A stretch of DNA of 64,000 nt from the human T2T-CHM13v2.0 reference genome, Homo sapiens. The notes under the pieces were generated by a model, which saw only the letters and a list, made by a program, of their open reading frames with translations, did not search any database and had not been told where the DNA came from. The stretch is taken from assembly GCF_009914755.1 (NCBI RefSeq), contig NC_060931.1, one strand, 5' to 3'. Of this stretch, positions 42,539-57,114 are shown piece by piece (the stretch's first letter is position 1; every line of letters starts with the position of its first letter). The position numbers and the translations under genes are program-made.

Positions 42539-44429
42539 GAACCTCAGAAAGAATTTAGCTCTTAATAGCTCTCTTATGTTACAGTTTTGGGTTTGAATTT
42601 TTTAACCTCTTGCCTCAACCTCTTCCCAATTCCTGGGATCAGAGACTGTACCTGATTCATCTTTATACCTGAAAAAATGTCTCACCCAATGGTTTACAGA
42701 TGGCAGGATTTCACACATATTAGTGTATGCATGCCTATATGAATGTATGAATTAGGAAGCATTAAGAGTAAAAAGTTATGGTACTATAATTTTAATGTAG
42801 GTGATCTAAGTGACCATACTCAACTGTACTTAAAACATTATTTTATGGGGCTTGTACAGTGACACTTCTCCATTTGTAAAGAAATCAGTCACCAGATTCT
42901 AATTTTCTTCGTTTGCCATGCTCTGTATTCAACAGTGCAGGAGAACTGTGTGTCAGAGGAAGTGATCACTCTCTATTTACATGCAACTTACTCAGGTTTT
43001 TGCACAACAGTTTGCCATTTGTCAATACTAACATGTCCTCAGCAAACAGCCACATTGGATGAATTATGGTTTTCTTCTCACACTCAGAGCAGCAGTAACC
43101 CACGGCCACGTCTAGTTAGAGCCTACAGTCGTTAACCATCATTACAAGAGACTCGGCCTTAACACAAAAACATTTCAGCAGCTCTTTGGCAAAAGGCTAA
43201 AATATCTGGGTTACTCAATGTCATATCCAATTTTGTGCACTTCTGTGGGATTGCTGGAAGCAAAGTGAAGTTATTGGGGCCTGTGAAGTACAATAAATGG
43301 ACTCCTAGACAAGCTCCTTCAATGTCAGGGAACTGGGTATGTGTGTTATGAAATTAAATGTATATAGATTTATATACAGATGTTTATACTGTTGTAAATC
43401 AAGGTATATTCTTTCTTAGCTAAATTGGGATTTGCTTATAGATCTGCTCTTTTCCCCACAGAAGAGGTTGAGCTTTGTTTGTTTTCTTCCCCTCAAGAGC
43501 AGCACCGTATGATGCCACATAATTCCTAGAGATATCAGAAAGTAATCTTCTCTGTTCCCTTATGAGTGTCAAGAGCTAATCCCTGGGGGAAAGGGAAGAA
43601 TTTTTGAGATTTATCTGCTGTCTTTTTTAAACACTTTGCAAGTGAATTATTGCAATCTGCATGGGGCACTCAAAATGACAACTCTCACTAAACACTAACC
43701 ATCATTCAATTGCTGAAGAAGAGGGCAAAGAAATATGACCAGTATAAAATGGGAGTCCTTTTCTTGAAGCCAAGAGAAGAAGTTCATATAATTGTTCAAT
43801 TCTGCCACAAGTCATTACATTGGAAGTGAAAAATTTAGTCAAAGAAGCGACAGAGTTAAATGGGGGTATCTGACATGTTTTATTTTCACCAGTAGGACTG
43901 ACAAATTTTAAAAGGATTAGATGACTGAGATATCTTCTGGTCAGGAAGTCTCCTTGAACAGGAAAGAGAAAATTTAGGTTGTCAGTCTTAGATACTTTTT
44001 GTCACTACCTCTATACTTTAAAATCTATAACCAAGGTGAATCTAAAGGATAATTTTAAATGGTCCTTGGTGGAACAATACTGGTGGTCTCTTTTTCTATG
44101 CCATGTAAAGGGAGGGAAATTTGCTCTTACCTGCCCAGTAGAAACAGCCCAACCATTCCTGCAATTAAAAATGAGAAAATTTAGCCTGCTTTCAGTGTCA
44201 CTATAGGAAGGAAAAAGAAAAAAAAAAAAACAATTACTCTAAAAACAATAAAATGTACTCATGATAAATTATCCTGGTGATATCACCTGTACTCAAGAAA
44301 GAAATATGACAAATGATAGATTCTTTTTCTTGTTTCCTAGGAGAAAGAAAAATAGCATATTCAAACATCAAGACAATAACAAGTTTTGTAGTAATAGAAT
44401 TTTTTAGAGATATCTAAAGATAGCACCAC

Positions 44430-44655
44430 ATTTGAGTAGCATGTATGTATCAGGCTCTGCTCCAGGCACTTTCTGCCAATTATCACTAATATGCACCATC
44501 AACTAATAATAAGAGTGGCTATGTTACTATTCCCAGCTTACAGAAGAGGAAACTGTTGCTCAGTGAAGATCAGAAATGTGTCCAGAACATCACAGCTAGT
44601 AATTTGTGGTGCTAGCATTTTGTGATACTAAAAGCTGTGCTCTCTCCATCATATT
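44430..44655 (-). mobile_element. MIR
   Basis: TTCCCAGCTTACAGAAGAGGAAACTGTTGCTCAG...TCACAGCTAGTAA. Confidence 0.7.
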
Positions 44656-45071
44656 ACAGTAATTCCCAAAACACTGGCCCCAGCATCATAGAAACAATCT
44701 AGGGTGAATCTTAGCTATACTACACAGAGCTAGATGGATAGAGGGAAATTTCTAGACACAATCTTCCCCTTTGTATGGGGTTCAGAGTTTCAGAACCATC
44801 CTGATATGAGCAAAGTGAAAACCCATATTTGGGTAACTGACTTACATACAAATTAAACTAATAAATAGTCAGGTGTCCCCACACAAAATACCTCCTGTCA
44901 TTACACTACTACCAGGTAGTACAATCCTTTCCCTTTTTAGGCTGCCTATTATTTTGACGTTAGCCTTTATGTGTGAGTTCTCAACATGGCTCGTATTCTC
45001 TCATTGCTGGTGTCCTGCTGCAGAGGGGCATAAACTATAGGAACACAAATCATGTATAAAAGTGCTATCTT

Positions 45072-45434
<363 letters not shown>

Positions 45435-46457
45435 TTACAGCTTTCCCTCACTTCTCCCTCTTTTACAGTGCACTCCTTTTTGTCTACTGGTGTCTCTACC
45501 AGCTCTGAAAATTGAGAACCCTTGGGAATTTGTCACTTGGCTCTGGACCCATTACATCATCCAAACAAAAATGGTTTTCTTCTAAAATATAGTGGCTCTG
45601 CATTTGAAGTCTTTCTGTCCACCTGGATTAATCATTTTCTTGAGGTCGTCTGATAATTTTACACCTTTTCTAGCTGAGTTGACCTGTGTTGACAGATGAA
45701 AGCATATTTGGCCACATCCTGTCTCCTTTAACCTTCATTCATATCACAATGCTTTCTGGTGCCTATGATCTAAATGCTTCTTCTACATACCTCTCTCCAC
45801 TATCTTGGCTTTCTCTCTTATCTAGACTGTCTATCAAACCACACTGTTATCTGCTTGACCATATGTATTCCTACCTCCACCAAACAGAAATCTTCTTACA
45901 GCTGTGTCTAATTTCAAAAGAGAAATATTTGCCATTAATATCACCATGAAGAAGTTCCCAAGCAACCCAATAGAAAATCCACAAACTATCTTTTTTTTTT
46001 TTTTAAATCCACAGACTTTGGTGTTGCCTAGAGCCTTGGCTAGAAGAATTTCTGACGTTGAATCTGATCACTGGCCACCGCTTTGGCTTCCTGAGCAGTA
46101 TTCTGCATGTACATGTCAGCTGAGACATCCTCTTCCAACCACCCTAATCAGATTGGCTTGTTCCAACCAAAGGCCCTCGTAAGAATAAAAATTTAAATGG
46201 TCTTCTTCTCTCTTTCCTCCTCCTTCCTTTTCTTACTTTTGTATGTAATCAGTACACTCCGCAAAACACCTAACATTTACTTTGCTGTTGTGTTATGTGT
46301 CTCTTTTTATGTATAAGTTTTATATCCCAACTAGACTAATGACTTCTTTAGAGAAGCAACATTGTCCTATAATCTTTATGCTCCCAATACTCTCTAGCAT
46401 GAGAAAAAACAGATACTCAAAAACTGTTCTTTAATTGTACTTTAATTTTCTCTGCAG

Positions 46458-46575
46458 GTGGATTTTAACTTTTTATAGCTTCATTAGTTACTGTTGGTGT
46501 TCTGAAGAGGAGCAGATTCTGCAAAATCCAAAGCTTTTCTTCATCATATGGAATTTAAGGAAAAGAAAAACAAAG
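46458..46575 (+). other. Candidate 118-nt spliced exon
   Basis: TTTAATTTTCTCTGCAG|G acceptor and AAG|GTATGT donor. Confidence 0.35.
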
Positions 46576-47036
46576 GTATGTCTGGGGACTTTGACTGAGA
46601 AGAAGTGGCATTTAAATTTTTTCCACTAACCCCAGTATCGGCACCAAGTTAATATTTAGTTTCTGGAACTCTCATTTCACTTGAATTCCATTACTCTTGC
46701 TCTCTCATCAAAAATGTGAATTCCCTATAGGATCACGCAGAACAGACACTTAAAATTTACTCATGAACTTCCTAATTCCAAGCAGTAGTCACCACAGTTA
46801 AAAATTTTCGTTGTGAAATCTTAGAAAACAAAGATCATATCTAATCAAAACTATATAAATACTAAAGAAATCATAAAATGTACATTTTATGTACCTGCAA
46901 TAAATTTAATAAACATTAAGTAAAAATACAGTCACTTTTCTCTAACAATTAGATTTTAATATAGTCACTAAATGATTCAGGCAACTATACTACATAAATT
47001 CAAGCTAGCTAAATCTATAAACTTAAATAGCTAGAC

Positions 47037-47325
47037 TTTTTTTTTTCTTTGAGATGAGTTCTTGTTCTGTCATTTAGGCTGGAGTGCACTGGTGCAATCA
47101 CGGCTCACTGCAGCCTCAACTTATTGGGCTCAGGTGATTATCCTACTTCAACCTCTTGAGTAGCTGGAACTACAGCCGCACGTCCGGCCAATTTTTCGTA
47201 TTTTCAGTAGAGATGGTATTTTGCCATGTTGCCCAGGCTGGTCTTGAACTCCTGGGCTCAAGCTGTTAGTCCACCTTGGCCTCTGAAAGTGTTGGGATTA
47301 TAGATGTGAGGCACTGCGCCCGGCC
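47037..47325 (-). mobile_element. AluJ
   Basis: GCTCACTGCAGCCTCAAC; CTCCTGGGCTCAAGC. Confidence 0.9.
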
Positions 47326-47855
47326 AATAGCTGAATTTTGTTTTATATTTACTTTAAAATTGTTTTTAATGTGCTATCCTTAATAACTGTTATTTGCACT
47401 ATCTGTCCCATTCTCTAATAAAAGTCAGTGTAAAAGTTTCCATACTTTATGCCATGTAATATATACCCCTACCCACCTAATCAAAATAATATGTATACAG
47501 CTCAAAAATCATTATTTCAACAACCAAAAAAACCCTTTTCTCTCCTCTTCTGTCATTCTTTGTTACTTAACCATGGATAATGATTATAATATAGAAATTA
47601 TCTTTGCAGTTTTTCTAACCTCAGAAGTTTTAGATATGTAGTATCTCAAGGGCCCTTTTAAAATAAGTATCTTATGGGTTTATTTCCTGGATGTAGATAA
47701 TCTTCATCAAGAGTTCTGTTTGTTAACAATTATTTTCTGACTTTTTCTACACAAAGAGACCCTGCAGTCAATATTTAAAGCATATTATATCTAGCCACAC
47801 TCAATGCACATTTTATCCCAACATTATACCTTGAGTACAGTATGGTAATGAATGA

Positions 47856-48198
<343 letters not shown>

Positions 48199-48464
48199 CC
48201 ATTTATTTATTTAACTAATAATAATTGAGAGTACTATAGGCCAGGTAGTTTGCTAGATAGTGAGCAAACAAAGGTGCAAAAAGACAAGAGACAGACAGCA
48301 ATCTAAGTGACTCAGTAAGTAAATAGGAGGGACAGCCAACTTAACCTTGCAGGGGGCTGGGTATAGAGGTTAGGGGGTTTGACAAAGGAAGCTTCCTCAG
48401 GAAAGAGATCAAAGCTGCAATCTGGAGATTGAGCAGGAATTATCCTGGGAAATAGAAGGAGGAA

Positions 48465-48690
48465 GTAATAATAGTTAACACTTAAAGTGTCTCCTATGAG
48501 CCAGGTACTGTTCTTTACATACAGTAACTCATAGTCTTCAAAACAACCAGGCAATATAGGTACTGCTAGAACACATTATAGACAAGGATACTGCCGCACA
48601 CAGAAATTAAATAACTTGCTTGAGGCCATGCAGCTGGCAAATGTAGAATCAGATTTCGAGCCCAAACATCTGACCCCAGAGTACTGTCTT
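48465..48690 (-). mobile_element. MIR
   Basis: GAAATTAAATAACTTGCTTGAGGCCATGCAGCTGGCAAATG...GATTTCGAGCCCA. Confidence 0.65.
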
Positions 48691-48877
48691 TTCCAGGAGA
48701 GATAACATAGGCCCAGCAGCAATGGTAAAAAAGAATAATAAGAGACCTTACATTTACAGAGCACTAGCCCAAGCCCCCAACATATATGATTGCATTTATT
48801 CCTCATACAATTGTATGAATTAAGTGCTATTTGCATCATCATTGCAAATGTAGATTCAAAGGCTTAAAAATATTGAG

Positions 48878-49912
48878 GAACCATAATGAGCTACCACTTT
48901 ACATCCACTCAGATGGTTATAATTTTAAAAAATAGAATATAGCAAGTGTTGGCAAAGATGTGGAGAAATTGGAACACTTGTACATTTTTGCTGGGAGTGT
49001 TAAATGCTGCAGCCACTGTGAGAAATAGTTTGGCGGTTACTCAATAAGTTAAACATAGAATTACCATATGACTCAGTAATTCTCATCTTGAGTATATACC
49101 CAAAAGAACTGAAAACAAGTGTTCAAACAAAAACTTGCATGGAATATTAATAGCAACACTATCCATAACAGCCAAAAGCTGGAAACAACTCAAATGCCTA
49201 TCAGCTGATGAATGGATGATCAAAATGTGGTATGTCCATACAGTGGAATTTTATTCAGTTGTGAAAAAGAACTAAGTACTGATACATGCTATGACATGGA
49301 TGAATCTTAAAAACATTATGCTCTGTGGTTGCCGTTTTGTAGTGAAAAAGAAATTATACTAAGTGAAAGAAACCAGACACAAAAGACCACATATGGTATG
49401 ATGCCATATATATGAAATATTCAAAGCTGTGAAATCTATAAAGACAGAAAACATACTGGGCCAGACACAATGGCTTATGCTTATAATTCCAGCACTTTGG
49501 GAGGCTTAAGGCCAGGAGTTCAAAACCAGCCTGGTCAACATAGCAAGACCCCATCCCCACAAATGAAATTTTTTAAAGAAAATTAGCCAGGTGTGGTGAC
49601 ATGCACCTGTAATCCCAGCTGAGGTAGGAGGATTCCTTGGGTCTAGGAGTTCAAGTCTGCAGTCAGCCGTGATTGCACCACTGCACTCCAGCCTGGGCAA
49701 CAGAGCAAGACCCTGTATCCAGAAAAACAACAACAACAACAACAAAAATCCAGATTATTGGTTGCCAGGAACTGGAGGGACAAGGAATAGAAAGTGGTTG
49801 CTTAATAGGTACAGGGTTTCCTTTTGCAGTGGTGAAAATATTCTGGAACTAGATAGTGGTGATGGATGTACAATCTTGTTTTTTGTTATGTGTATTTTAT
49901 CACAGTTTTTAA
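48878..49912 (+). mobile_element. L1MB ORF2 3' end/3'UTR, split by AluJ
   Basis: CAAGTGTTGGCAAAGATGTGGAGAAATTGGAAC; ATAGAATTACCATATGAC; TTTTATCACAG end. Confidence 0.85.
49459..49747 (+). mobile_element. AluJ with internal deletions and (CAA)n tail
   Basis: Both arms are recognisable. Confidence 0.85.
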
Positions 49913-50339
49913 AAGTAAAAAAAAAGTTGAGTAATTTGTTCAAGGTTGCACAGCATAACTAGGAAAAGGTGGATTTGAACTCATGCAGGAAAGACATTTC
50001 AAGAATTCCAAGTTGTTTGATAGGACTACATTGAAGTACATGCAAGTGGGTGGAAGAGAAGAAAAAATGGCAAAAGTTGAGGCAAAGGTAGGAATCAGAG
50101 TCTTTGTCATGAAGACACATTTTAAAGTGAATGGAGACAACCGTTGAGGCACTGACACAGGAATAGGGAGCCTGAGGATGAGAGAAGGGCACCAACCCCT
50201 CACTGAAGTCAGAGTGCTCCTCGCTAGATGAACTGTGTCTTCTGGGTGTCTGAATAGAGAAAGTGACCACTGAAACACAATAATTGCCGCAGTTGGTCAA
50301 CATCCATCCCCCACTCCCAACCTAACAGTGAAAATAGAG

Positions 50340-50500
50340 CTATTCATTTCTATACCTCAAATACCTCTTTTGTAAAGAGAGATAATAAAAGTTCCTATTT
50401 CATAAACTTGCCATAAGGATCAAATGAGTTAATATACGCAAAATTCTTGGAACAGTGCCTGGCACAAAGTCAACACCACAGAAATGTTTGCTATTACAGT
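50340..50500 (+). mobile_element. MIR
   Basis: GATAATAAAAGTTCCTATTTCATA...AGGATCAAATGAGTTAATATA...AACAGTGCCTGGCACA. Confidence 0.7.
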
Positions 50501-51312
50501 TTTGTTATTATTACCTCGATGGTTTCCATAAAGTGTCCCTCAGACCTTTTCATTTTTATCATGTATGATAAAACCAGGTGCTGTCTTATCTGGAATGTTT
50601 GCCCAAGCACATTACGTTTTGTTAACAGAGGATGAATCATTGAAACCTGACCTCATGGGAAATAGCATTATCTGCCATTTCATCTGTATTTTGCAACTAC
50701 AACATACATTTCCTTCCCAGTTGCTTTGAATACAGAGAAAAAAAATGTTCTTCTCAGACTTCTTTGTACTTGTCCACAAATAATTTAGTAGTGCTAATTA
50801 GGAGAGTCCTAAAAAAATTTTAATACAATGCAATAAAATAAGAAACTATACCTAATAGTTCAGGTAGAAGATGATATTTTAGACTTTCAAGCAAAAATGC
50901 ACACTTTTTATCATTACAAATATTGCATACACATTATGCTGTTTCATACAAATTCACAATTACAGAGGACAAAGGCAAAGAAAAAGAGACATTTTTAGAT
51001 TCTGCAACTGTCCATCATGCTTTAGAACTTTCTGCACCAAGATTCACTAATCAGCTCTCACTGATCAGTCCTCATTATGTAAAATGTGTATCAGTGAAAT
51101 GTGAAAATGAGCCCTCTTTCACTGTAACCAGACCTGCGGAAAGAATTTTAAATCTTGACATTTGAGGCTCTTTACTAATGACAACAGTGTGATAAACAGT
51201 TCATTAATCCTATTTATCAGGCTGAGAAATAAGCCAAAATTGCCATAGGCAAGTAACACTATAAAGGAGTTTTTAAAAAACAAGGAGGTACTTTATGGTT
51301 CTTTAATCTAAA

Positions 51313-52191
51313 CCAAGGACTTAGTTTTTTTTCTGTAAAGGGTCAGTGAGTAAATATCTCTGGTCTTGTCAGTCATCACAACTCTATCATAACTACTCAA
51401 CCCTGCCACCGTAATGTGAAAGTCGCCATGGACATTATGTAAACAAATGGGCCTGGCTGTGTTCCAATAAAACTTTATTTACACAGGCTACAACATGGAT
51501 GAATCTTAAAACATTATGCTAAGTGGAATAAGCTAGACACAAAAGGACAAATATCGTATCATTCCATTTATATGAGGTATCTAGATTTGGCAAATTCACA
51601 GAGATGGAAAGTAGAATGGTGGTTGCCAGAGGCTGGAAAGAGAGGGAAATGGGGAGTGAGTGTTTAATGGGCCCAGAGTTTCTGACTGGGATAATGAAAA
51701 AGTTCTGAGGCCAGGCATGGAGGCTCACGCCTGTAATCTCAATACTTTGGGATACCAAGGCGGGTGGATCACCTGAGGTAAGGAGTTACGAGACCAGCCT
51801 GGCCAACATGGTGAAACCTCGTCTCTACTAAAAATACAAAAATTATTCAGGCATGGTGGCAGACGCCCATAATCCCAGCTGCTCAGGAAGTTGAAGCTGG
51901 AGAATCGTTTGAACCCAGGAGGCAGAGGTTGCGGCGAGCCGAGATTGCACCACTGCACTGCAGCCTGGGCGACAGAGTGAGACACCATCTCAACAACAAC
52001 AAAAAGTTCTGGAGGTGAGTAGTGGTAATGGTTGCATACCCCTATGAATGTACTTAATGCCACTGAACTACACACTTAAAAATGGTTAAAATGATAAATT
52101 TTAAGTTATGTATATTTAACTACAGTTTTTAAAGAAAACGTATTTATAAAAACAGGCAGTCGGCCTAAGTGCAATAGCTTGCAGACCCCTG
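51313..52191 (+). mobile_element. MER58A (hAT-Charlie) split by an L1MB 3' fragment (51488-52133) that contains an Alu
   Basis: TTTTCTGTAAAGGGTCAG...GGCTGTGTTCCAATAAAACTTTATTTAC; resumes AAAACAGGCAG...GCAGACCCCTG. Confidence 0.82.
51709..52000 (+). mobile_element. AluSx
   Basis: TSD AAAAAGTTCTG. Confidence 0.92.
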
Positions 52192-52928
52192 ATGTAAACT
52201 TTCTTGTCCTTCTCACTATACTTCTTCCTTTGCCTCATACATCTTTGTAGTTGCTGTTGTTGTTGCTATTGCTGCTCCTCATTTCATTTCTTGATTAACC
52301 TGTGCAGCCAAAATGTTGTTTTGTGTGCAGCGGAAAAGAAAACCATCTGCACTCATTGAGGGTTACAGTTCTGTCTAAAGGTTGTTCATTCTGGAGCTCA
52401 TAGCTTCAGCAGATGCAGATCTAGAATTATAAATATAAGAGTATGCCGTTCTGTGCTTTCAAAATGGCCATAGTGATACAAAAACATTTCAGGACAGATG
52501 GGCTGGTTTCCACGTTTTCTGGTGGGGGTCTAAAAAGGCTTCACTTTTGTTTGTCAATGGCCAGTAGCACAGATTAGAGTGCTGGTGTTAAGAGTGCACC
52601 TGTCAACCATGGATGTCAAGAGCTTTTCTCTATGTGAAGGTTTTGGCTCTTGTACAAGTTGAACCCTCAGCCTTGACTCATCTCTCTGCTTTGACTGATT
52701 AGGTCAATTGATCATAAATCATCTTCCAAAGACTGGCCAGTGCTCAACCTTTCAGGTCAAACCTGATTCCTCAAAATAGAAACTCAGGCAAACAGAAATG
52801 TTCACATTTTAAAAGGAAACCTATTTTAAAATGAATATTTTGAAAATACAAATTATTAACATTATTATTGGAAGATAACTTTAAGGGGGTCAAATCAGTC
52901 TATTAAAACCTCTTAACAATTAGAATCA

Positions 52929-53523
52929 GACTGGGCGTGGTGGCTTACTCCTGTAACCTCAGCACTTTGGGCAGGAGCATCACTTGAAGCTCGGAGTTTG
53001 AGAGCAGCCTGGGCAACATAGCAAGACCTCATCTCTACAAAACATCAAAAATTTTTGACCAGGTGCAGTGGCTTGTTCCTGTAATCCCAACAGTTTGGGA
53101 GGCCAAGGTGGGAGGATCACTGGAGCCCAGGAGTACAAAACCAGACTAGGCAACATGGCGAAACCTCATCTCTACCAAAAAAAATATTAGCCAGGTGTGG
53201 TGGCACACACTTTTAGTCCCAGCTCCTCGGGGGGCTAAGGTGGGAGGCTTGAGCCCAGGAGGTCGAGGCTGCAGTGAGCCAGGATTGTACCACTGCACTC
53301 CAGCCTGGGTGACAGAGCCAGACCTTGTCTCAAAAAAAAAAAAAAGAAAAAAAAAATTAGCTGGCTGCAGTGGTGCATGCCTATAGTCCTAGCTACTTGC
53401 GAGGCTGAGGCCAGAGGTTCCTTTAAGCTCAACCTTATGAGTTAAAGGTTACAGTGAGCTATTATTGCACCACTGTGTTGCCTGGGTGAGAGTGAAACCC
53501 TGTCTTTTAAATTAAAAAAAAAA
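52929..53523 (+). mobile_element. AluJ with a second full AluJ (~53057-53355) inserted in its linker
   Basis: Order is left arm, left arm, right arm with tail, right arm with tail. Confidence 0.85.
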
Positions 53524-53711
53524 TAGAATTCCTTCTTTACTATTAACTTGAATCTAGTGCACCAAAATTGATGACCAAAGAGTTGGCCAACGTAAGCTAC
53601 CTTTGATGGAGCTGAAACCACAGTGGTAATAAATTCTGTATCTTTAATGAAATGAAAATTATTTTTATTAATCTGAGAAAACAAAGCTCTAACAAAGCTA
53701 TTAATTTCTAA

Positions 53712-54018
<307 letters not shown>

Positions 54019-55829
54019 TAAAGGGAAAAAAAAATCTATTATTAGTATTATTTACTAATCATCCAACATTTTTAAAGCACCTTCAATACCTGCTTAAAAG
54101 ACTAAAATCATATGACTTGCACACTTCAATAATTCTTCGTGTTTTTATTTTTTCTCTAATTTTTCTAATGAGTCTTTGCATGGCAAAGTGCAAAAGACAT
54201 TGATTTTAGAAATTTCAAAAATGCAGACATCAAAGAGCCTCAACAATTTTATTTGATATAACAAAAATAGATTGTTTTAAATTTTTAATGCCATTCTCAC
54301 TTTTTTTCTTTTAACACTTGACTCTTCTATCAATAAAACACGAATTGGTTGAAAACAACTTATTGGACTTTGTAAGGGCAAATATTGTTTTCAAATAAAA
54401 AGATAGATTTGTATTTGAAACCGCATTTTATTTAAATAATTTTAATTTGCATATATGAAAAAATGTGTTAAAATGTTTACTAATACGAAAATGCAGAAGT
54501 AGCACGTTGTCTACTTTAGCCATATATCTATTGTAGTCTCTCTACATTGTGCAGGTCCTCAGGTGTGAGGGGGAAGACAGACAGCAGGTGTCTGAGAATT
54601 TATAATCACCAAAATGATTAGGTTACAACACTCATTTCTAAACACGTGAAGTATTTACAGATCACTTGAAGAATCACTCTAGTTTTCGGGATGTGACTCG
54701 TTGACCTTCAAAAGTGGAAGCAAGTGAATTTGCCATCAGGCTCCTTCTTTCATTTTGAAGTTTAATATAGTGCCACTGGCTCTCCAATATCCATGGTGCC
54801 AATTTCCCACTGATGTCTTATATCTTGGGTTTCCGTTCCCTTGTTAGAAAAGTATAGTGATGAAATAGGTGAGGTAACTTTGAGATCAGAAAGCCCATGT
54901 AATTACATAGTGTTTCCAGCACAATCTACAACGCTCTGACACCGGATATCAGCACAACAATAAGTAAGGGCAAAAAGCTTGTCAGGGAAGTTTGGCAATG
55001 AGTATAGCCTCAGGTAAACACAAAGGCGGTGGCTGTGAACTCTTAGAAATCAGAATGTTTATGTGGAGAATAAGTTGGCATCTCCTGATCATTTCTAGGG
55101 GGTCTTTTTGTGAGGCTCATTAAAAAAAAAAAAAAGACCAAAGACAAGATGTCGTGTACATAAAGTGAATGCCTCTCTTCTGAGAAGAATCATTCACAAA
55201 AAGGATTATTTCCAACCACAAGGGGATATGCATAGTTGTTAGAATTACATAAAACATTTCTTTTCTAAAACTGTCTTATAATTCTGCAATTTGAAAAATT
55301 TAACTAGCTGCACTAATTGGACTCACACAAATAAAGCCTCCAATTTTCTTATTGAAAATTGAAGTCCACCCTGTTAGTATTTTCCCTTCATAACGATGAC
55401 TCTCCGGGGCCCTGAATGCCTGCTGAGCTTTCCAAAAAAAACATTTTTGTCATTTTAAATGATTTGTCTCTGACTATACATAAAAGCAATTAGAACAAAT
55501 ACTTTTATTTAAATGTATGTGCTGAGCATTTTTTTCTTTGGCTGGTTTCTCGATTTTGAATTTCTTACCATGATTTGTCTGCACACTTCCAGTGCAGCTA
55601 TTACAGCAAACTCTTAACTCTGCTTGCCAATCACATTGAACAGCTCTAACTAGTCATGTGTGGAATTCAGAGAACAAAGAATCCTTCCATGGGTCTGAGA
55701 TTCCTTCACCTCAAAAGCACTTCAGATCACAGACTGAACCGAAAGTTTCTACTGAAACCAACCTCTACAATTCTTAGCATAAAAGTAACTATTAATATCA
55801 GATACTGCCCTATCTGCTTTAGATAGAGA

Positions 55830-56010
55830 TACCTCATTTCCCCCAACAAACAAATTAAGTAGTAATTATCATTATCACTTCACAGGTATGGAAATTGAGG
55901 CTAGAGTATGTTAAGAAGCTTGTCCGAGGTCCTCCCTGCTAGTAAACATTGAAACCAAATTTAACCTCTTTTCTGTCTAATACCAAATCCAACACTTCCT
56001 TCATTACACT
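55830..56010 (-). mobile_element. MIR
   Basis: TTCACAGGTATGGAAATTGAGGCTAGAG...GTTAAGAAGCTTGTCCGAGGTC. Confidence 0.65.
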
Positions 56011-57114
56011 GTGGCAAAAGTCACTCAAGCCCCCCGGTTCTCTCTCCTTGCAATGTAAAATCTGTACACATTGCCATGGTAAAAAAGTTAAAATGTAAAA
56101 GCCAACATATAAAAAACCATGTATAAAGAATATACAGTAGGTTACTAATTTAATTTGTGCTTAACGTATATATAAAAAACTAATATACTAAAATATTAGT
56201 AGTGGCCATCTTTTGGCGGATTACTGGCAATGTTTCTTTCTTACACATTTTTTACTTACAAATTTTCTATATTAAATATGATACTTTTATTAAATATTTA
56301 TTTAAAATGCAAGGAATGTCACTAAGTAGTCAAATGCAAATGGAATAATGAAATGGATTTTCAGAGTGACATGAATTTGTCATGTTGTCATGTTCAATTG
56401 ATAATTAACATTGGGCTTAACATGTCGGTGAATTTTTAATGTCCAAGGGAGGGCTTTTAAATGCAAAATGAACCACTTAGAGCTGTCTAAATGTGAAATT
56501 TGTTATTGTGGTTAATTAAAGGACTAAATTTTTCTTAAACCCCTAAATTCAACATATAACTCTTACTAGCAGATTTAGAAATTAAATAATTTTTATTAAG
56601 AATAAGCAAATCGCTTTTAATTACTCTTTATTTTTTAACTAATAGTTTAGTAAGTTTAATGTATTAGATTTTTAACCTACATATATAACTTTAATATTTT
56701 TTATTTTTTCAAACACCTCATTTCTGATAAGGCCAACTTACAGACTAAAACAGTCTTTATAAATTCTTAAGCAGCTTTTTAAAATAAAACAAACTGAATG
56801 TACAACTTTAGTAAGCATTCAAGCACTGTTTGTAAACTTAATTGATTACATTCCCTAATGCATGTCAAATTTAAATCACAAGTATAATCAGGCATTTCTA
56901 ATTAAAAATACAATACAATTAAATTCCCTAACATGTCAGAGATTCTCTAACATGTCATCTCTTGAACATTTCGTATGCTACATATAAGAAACATAAATTA
57001 TCATTATGACTTAAAATATATTTCACATAAACTATCACAGTATTAATACTTTCTATATATTATGTTACTATCTCTATATAACTTCTACAACTTAATGGGT
57101 TTGCAAAGTCATTT

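Noticed and set aside
56928-56957. CTAACATGTCA x2 resembling p53/p63 half-sites
   Set aside because: Each half is only an 8/10 match and the spacer is ~9 bp; more simply a short duplication.
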